From Phallusia mammillata (lineage: Eukaryota): DNA of 64,000 nt. The notes beneath the pieces were generated by a model. That model did not search any database and was not told the origin of the DNA. It saw only the letters and a program-made list of their open reading frames with translations. A program made the translations under genes and the position numbers. This document shows positions 59,646-64,000 of the stretch, in pieces (the first letter of the stretch is position 1; each line of letters begins with the position of its first letter). The stretch is taken from NCBI GenBank assembly GCA_965637545.1, contig OZ281501.1, positions 7,130,001 through 7,194,000 on the forward strand, in the 5' to 3' direction.

Positions 59646-62600
59646 CAGTTATGGCAGCGAGTCAAACCCAAACTACCGAACCATTTAACACAATACGCAA
59701 ACCTAAACCTGCCCCTACTCGGCACATAAGCCACGTAACGACCAGATTAACCAAACCTTCTCCACCAGTCACCCCTACAGACATGTCACCCAGTCATACA
59801 GGTGAAGTCAAAAGCATCCCAGAGTCGCCAAAACCAATGCGCGGCCTTTCGATTCGTTTTATTCCGATGGTGACCACCAAACAGGATTCAATGCGCTCTT
59901 CTATTCGATCATCCACTGCACCGACAAAGAAGAGAGTCTCGTTCTCCGCGGAGCACGATCTTGTTCTCATCTCACCGACCTCGCCTCCGCTTACTCCCTT
60001 TAGCGACGATGATGATGCATTTGAAGAAGATGAAGATTACGAAGAGGAAGAGGCCGGGACTCCTACAATAGAGAGCCAGTTGCTATTGCAGAGGCAGCGA
60101 AATGTACTCTGGGATCAGGAAGACGAGCGCCATACGCGAGGACTGACCACATTGAAAATGAAAGTAAGGGATGCTCGCGAGTCGCCCGATCTGGTTGACG
60201 TTGTTCTAAGGCGTGAAGATCTTCATCCTGCAAAGCCAAATGAAGACGCACTAAAGGTGGAGGAAATACCAACTCAGAAAACTTACTCGCGTGGAGTACA
60301 TATTGACTTAAAGCGACAAGAACCGCAACCAGCTCAAGACAAGCAAACTGTGACTGAACGGAGAGACGTGTCTCGTGCCGAAATTAACGTATCCGACAGG
60401 CGACCCTACCCTAAGGTTACCGCCGTGATGACTAAGCCAAAAACATTTGAAATGCACGAAACTGAAAAGCAATCCACGGGTTCGCAAATCACTGGTCCCG
60501 GTACTGCTTCTACCGAAACACAGACTCAAGTTAAAACGAGGCCTACCTCTATGCAAACACGGCCAGACGTCGAGGCAAAGCAAACGTCTACCGATAGTGG
60601 GGTTGTAGCGAAAACACAGACGCCTTACCGTCGCACATCGGCATCTGAAACACAAACCCAGATGAAAACTTATCAAGGAACGCAAACTGAGGTTGCGACT
60701 TCGAAAGACTCAAAGTCAATGCAAACGGAATTTTCAACAGAAAAGGTTTTGCAAACTGCTACAGATGCCCGCAAAGCACCTGCAACTACCTCAGTTCAAC
60801 AGAACTTAATACAAAAGCCGACAGGCGAGAGGAAATCTGCACACGCAGAAATCCGCTTAGGCGAACAGCGAGCATTTTCAACAGTCACTGCAACAGTTGT
60901 GTCGAAGTCAAAGCCTTCTGGTATGACGACCCAGCTTTCTGACACTGCTGAAATTCAAACCCAAACACGGACGGATGTAAAAACAGAATCGACCCAAGCT
61001 ACACCAGCTGTGCGGACCATGGAAGTATCAACCCAGCGAAGGGAAGTTTCATCCACGTCCCAAACTCCTTCCCGACAAAGTTCGACGATGGAAACGCAAA
61101 CGCAAGAAAAAGTGTATAAGTTGACACAAACTGATATGAAACCTGCTTCCAGTGCAAAAATGATGCAGACCGACTTCACAGCAAGCAAACAGTCACAAGC
61201 TACTTCTAAACGAAGAGCTGGACATGAAATTGATACCCAAACGGACAAACCAAAATCAGATCAAAAGACAAACGTACACAAAGCTGAAGTTATTAAACCA
61301 GAAATCCCGGAAACGGTTAAGGCACCTGCAAAGCAAGGTATGAAACATTTAGAAATACATGCTGTCCATAAGCCTGGAATTAAAATTACACAAGTTGCTA
61401 CTAGTTCTGAGCCGGAGCATTTGGCCAGAACCAAGCGTATAATGAGTATCATAGATGCAACTGGGATCCAATCTCAACCAGAGACCAAACCAGGATCAGT
61501 ACAAGCGACACCAGACATGGGCAGCAGGGAAACTACAACAGAAGATACTGGTGTAGAGGCGAGAACTCAAACACCAAAGCATCGCACTTCTGTGACTGAA
61601 ACGCAAACTACTATGCAAACTTATGGCCAAACACAAACTGATGTTGGGCCAAAGACTGAAGCTAAACTGCTTCAAACCGAATTTATGTCGACCAAAGTAT
61701 CCCAGACCACAGCCGAGAGGCCGAAAGGTCGCGAGATTGATACGCAAACTCAGTTCGTGCTGACTAAAGCCACAATAACTGATGCTGAACCAAAGAAAAC
61801 TAATATCGCTATGGTAAAGATCCTTGAAACGCCGGAGGTGCCAACTTTTATTTCCTTTGTCGACAAAAAACAGCCAACAGAAGTCTCTCGAAAAGCTACA
61901 GGCACACAACCAATAAAACCTGAAGCTAAAAGCAGTGAAACTCAGACCCAACTTGACAAGACGGCCAGTGCTACCCAGGCTACACCGACCATTGATACAA
62001 AGGAAACATACACTGATACACAAAGCGTGGAAGCACGAACACAAACACCAGCAAAAGGGGCAACGTCCATGGAAACGCAAACGTATGAGAAAACTTATCA
62101 GACGACTCAAACAGATGCACCGTCCAGAAGAGATGCCAAACTTACCCAAACGCAGTTTACTGCTACAAAGGTATCACAGACTTTAGAGAAAGCGAAAACC
62201 GGGCGCGAAATAGATACACAGACCAGTTTTGGTGAGAACAAGGCTTCTGTATTTGCGGAAAAACCTTCTACACAAAAACGGCAACCGGAACAAAAATTTA
62301 AATCGCCCGAAAAGAAATTGCAGACTGTCAAAGTTGTTGAGGTCACATCGACTGAACTTCCAAAATTTGTGACTGTTTCGGGTGAAACAGCAAAGAAACA
62401 AGACAAAGGTCCTGAAGAAACCCGGGCGTTGACACATACTATGGAAGCTGCAGAAACCCAAACTCAAAAACAGGCGCTGCTAAGTGCGCAGATGATGCAA
62501 GAGGAATTGAAACAACAGAAACAGACATCTGGACCGGAAAAGGTTTCTCAAATTCAAGTTACTGAGGTTACCAAAAAGAAGTCTTTCCGAAAAGACGGTA

Positions 62601-64000
62601 GCAAGACTTTTGCTCTCCAGGAAACAATTGCTACACAAAAGGTGTGGAATCCAATTACACGAGAGTTTCAGGAGGTATCGGTCGAACAGAGCGAAATTTC
62701 TAAAGCCCCACAAGGTGTCCATCCAACTGAAAATAAAGTTTCACGAAAGTCTCAGGAACGCAAAGAGGAACTGCAGCCTGATTCTGGTGCCATTCAGCCG
62801 ATCGAAGTAGTTCGTGATGTGCCTTACAGAGCCGAGAACCTTGAAGTTGCCCATAAGCAACATTCTGTCAGCGTAAAGTCCGATGATCGGACGATAAAAG
62901 TTACGGAAACGATAACGGATACTACGAAACGTGTGTGGAACCCTAAAACGCGACGCTTTGACGAAATTCGTACCATAGAGGTATTGAAAGATGACTCCAA
63001 AATCAACGAACCGCAATTGGAAAATATTAGTCAGAAGACGAAAATTGAAGAAAAACAAGTGACACCATCTGACCGCAAAGATGAAACAATTGTCACTGAA
63101 AAAATGCCTCCGGTAGTATTGCCGGCCAAACAACTCGAGATTCAAAAGACTAAACTTGCTTCAGACGAACAAATTGATACGGACCACACCAAAAAAGCTG
63201 TTACGGAAAAGAAAGAAGTTAAGAAGACCAAACGGGTTTGGAATGCTCGAACTCGGAGGTTTGACGAAGTTGTGATTGAAGAATCAACACACGTTGTGAC
63301 CGAACCTGAAGTTGTTGTCAAGAAAAAAGCTCCCAAGAAAGATGAAACTAAGGCTCCAACGATCACCACCGAACCTGTTATTGAAGCTCACAAACGCGTT
63401 TCGGAGTCAGACGAAAAGGAAAAGAAAACTACCCAGAAGCTGAAGGATATTTCTAAACTGCCTCAGCTTACAAAGGCCCTAGAAGAAGAAATTACACTTC
63501 AACCTAAGAAAGACACTCCAAAAACAGCAACACAAACAACGATTAAAGCTGTAACTGAAGATGTTGTAAAGCCAAGATCACGAGACGAAACTCCAGTTGC
63601 GGATGACAAACCTGTACAACCCATTGCGGACACACCAAAGGTTTTAATTAAAACCGATTTGCAGAAAGAACCGGTATCAATGCCTACTAAACCTGATAGC
63701 GATCAAAAACGTGTTATCAAGGAAGTGGTTGTAGCAAAAGGAAAATCAACTGAAGTGCAGAAAAAGAACAAGACGAAAATGCCGGAATTGACACAAGCAC
63801 TTGCCAAGGAAATAGAAACTACGAAAGCTGTTCAAAGCAAGACTACCAAAGAAAAATCGAAGGTAGTTGAAGATGCGATTCTGCCACAATCATACAAAAC
63901 AGTTGTGGAACCACAGGAGGTTCGATTAAACGTGGAACCAAAACCAGAAGTCCATGAACCTAAAACAAAGTCAGAAGCCAAGAAACCTGGAGCAAAACTA
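59646..64000 (+). CDS. TTN: Titin giant unique exon (>1450 codons, T/K/E/P/V/Q-rich, predicted disordered), open to the window end
   Basis: Acceptor cctag|cag at 59645, phase 1, in frame with exon 58878-59300. Manual translation from codon 59648 to 64000 shows no stop. It is probably absent from the ORF track because no stop lies in the window. Composition becomes PEVK-like toward the 3' end. Confidence 0.9.
60500..62230 (+). repeat. Four ~100-aa TQT-rich coding repeats in the giant titin exon
   Basis: Units at about 60500-60775, 60941-61246, 61454-61756 and 61922-62230. Approximate consensus: ..ETQTQ..TQATP..VEARTQTP..S.ETQT..KTY..TQTD..AKL.QT.F..KVSQT..GREIDTQT. Confidence 0.9.

Noticed and set aside
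60063-63369. Multiple minus-strand and off-frame ORFs in the track (up to 217 aa)
   Set aside because: Shadows of the uninterrupted + strand titin exon; their F/L/C/S-rich composition is what the antisense of K/E/T/Q codons gives.

Overview
AT-rich, intron-dense eukaryotic DNA, most likely an invertebrate chordate such as an ascidian. This is inferred from a vertebrate-type titin, many short introns and abundant hAT MITEs. All protein-coding exons are on the + strand and can be joined by hand into three frame-consistent blocks in the vertebrate order SESTD1 -> CCDC141 -> TTN: (1) the 3' half of a SESTD1-like spectrin-repeat gene (360-4472); (2) a CCDC141-like spectrin-repeat gene with a long disordered tail (6439-27156); (3) the 5' part of titin (ATG 28785; Z-disc Ig domains, proximal I-band Ig tandem, two further Ig modules, then a >4.3-kb unique exon that runs off the window and is missing from the ORF track). 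Main observations: splice phases and spectrin-repeat register suggest the SESTD1-like and CCDC141-like blocks are still one gene, and an in-frame acceptor could extend it into titin (a zormin/sallimus-like giant locus). The giant titin exon holds four ~100-aa repeats with about 20 TQT motifs (candidate multivalent LC8/DYNLL ladder) and a PP1 RVxF site. An intronic 267-codon ORF with a GC donor looks like an internal first exon for a Z-disc-truncated titin. A dispersed repeat carries type I hammerhead ribozymes, intact only in antisense orientation. Comparisons with human proteins are from my recollection of those sequences, not from a search. Exon boundaries are manual GT/GC-AG calls.
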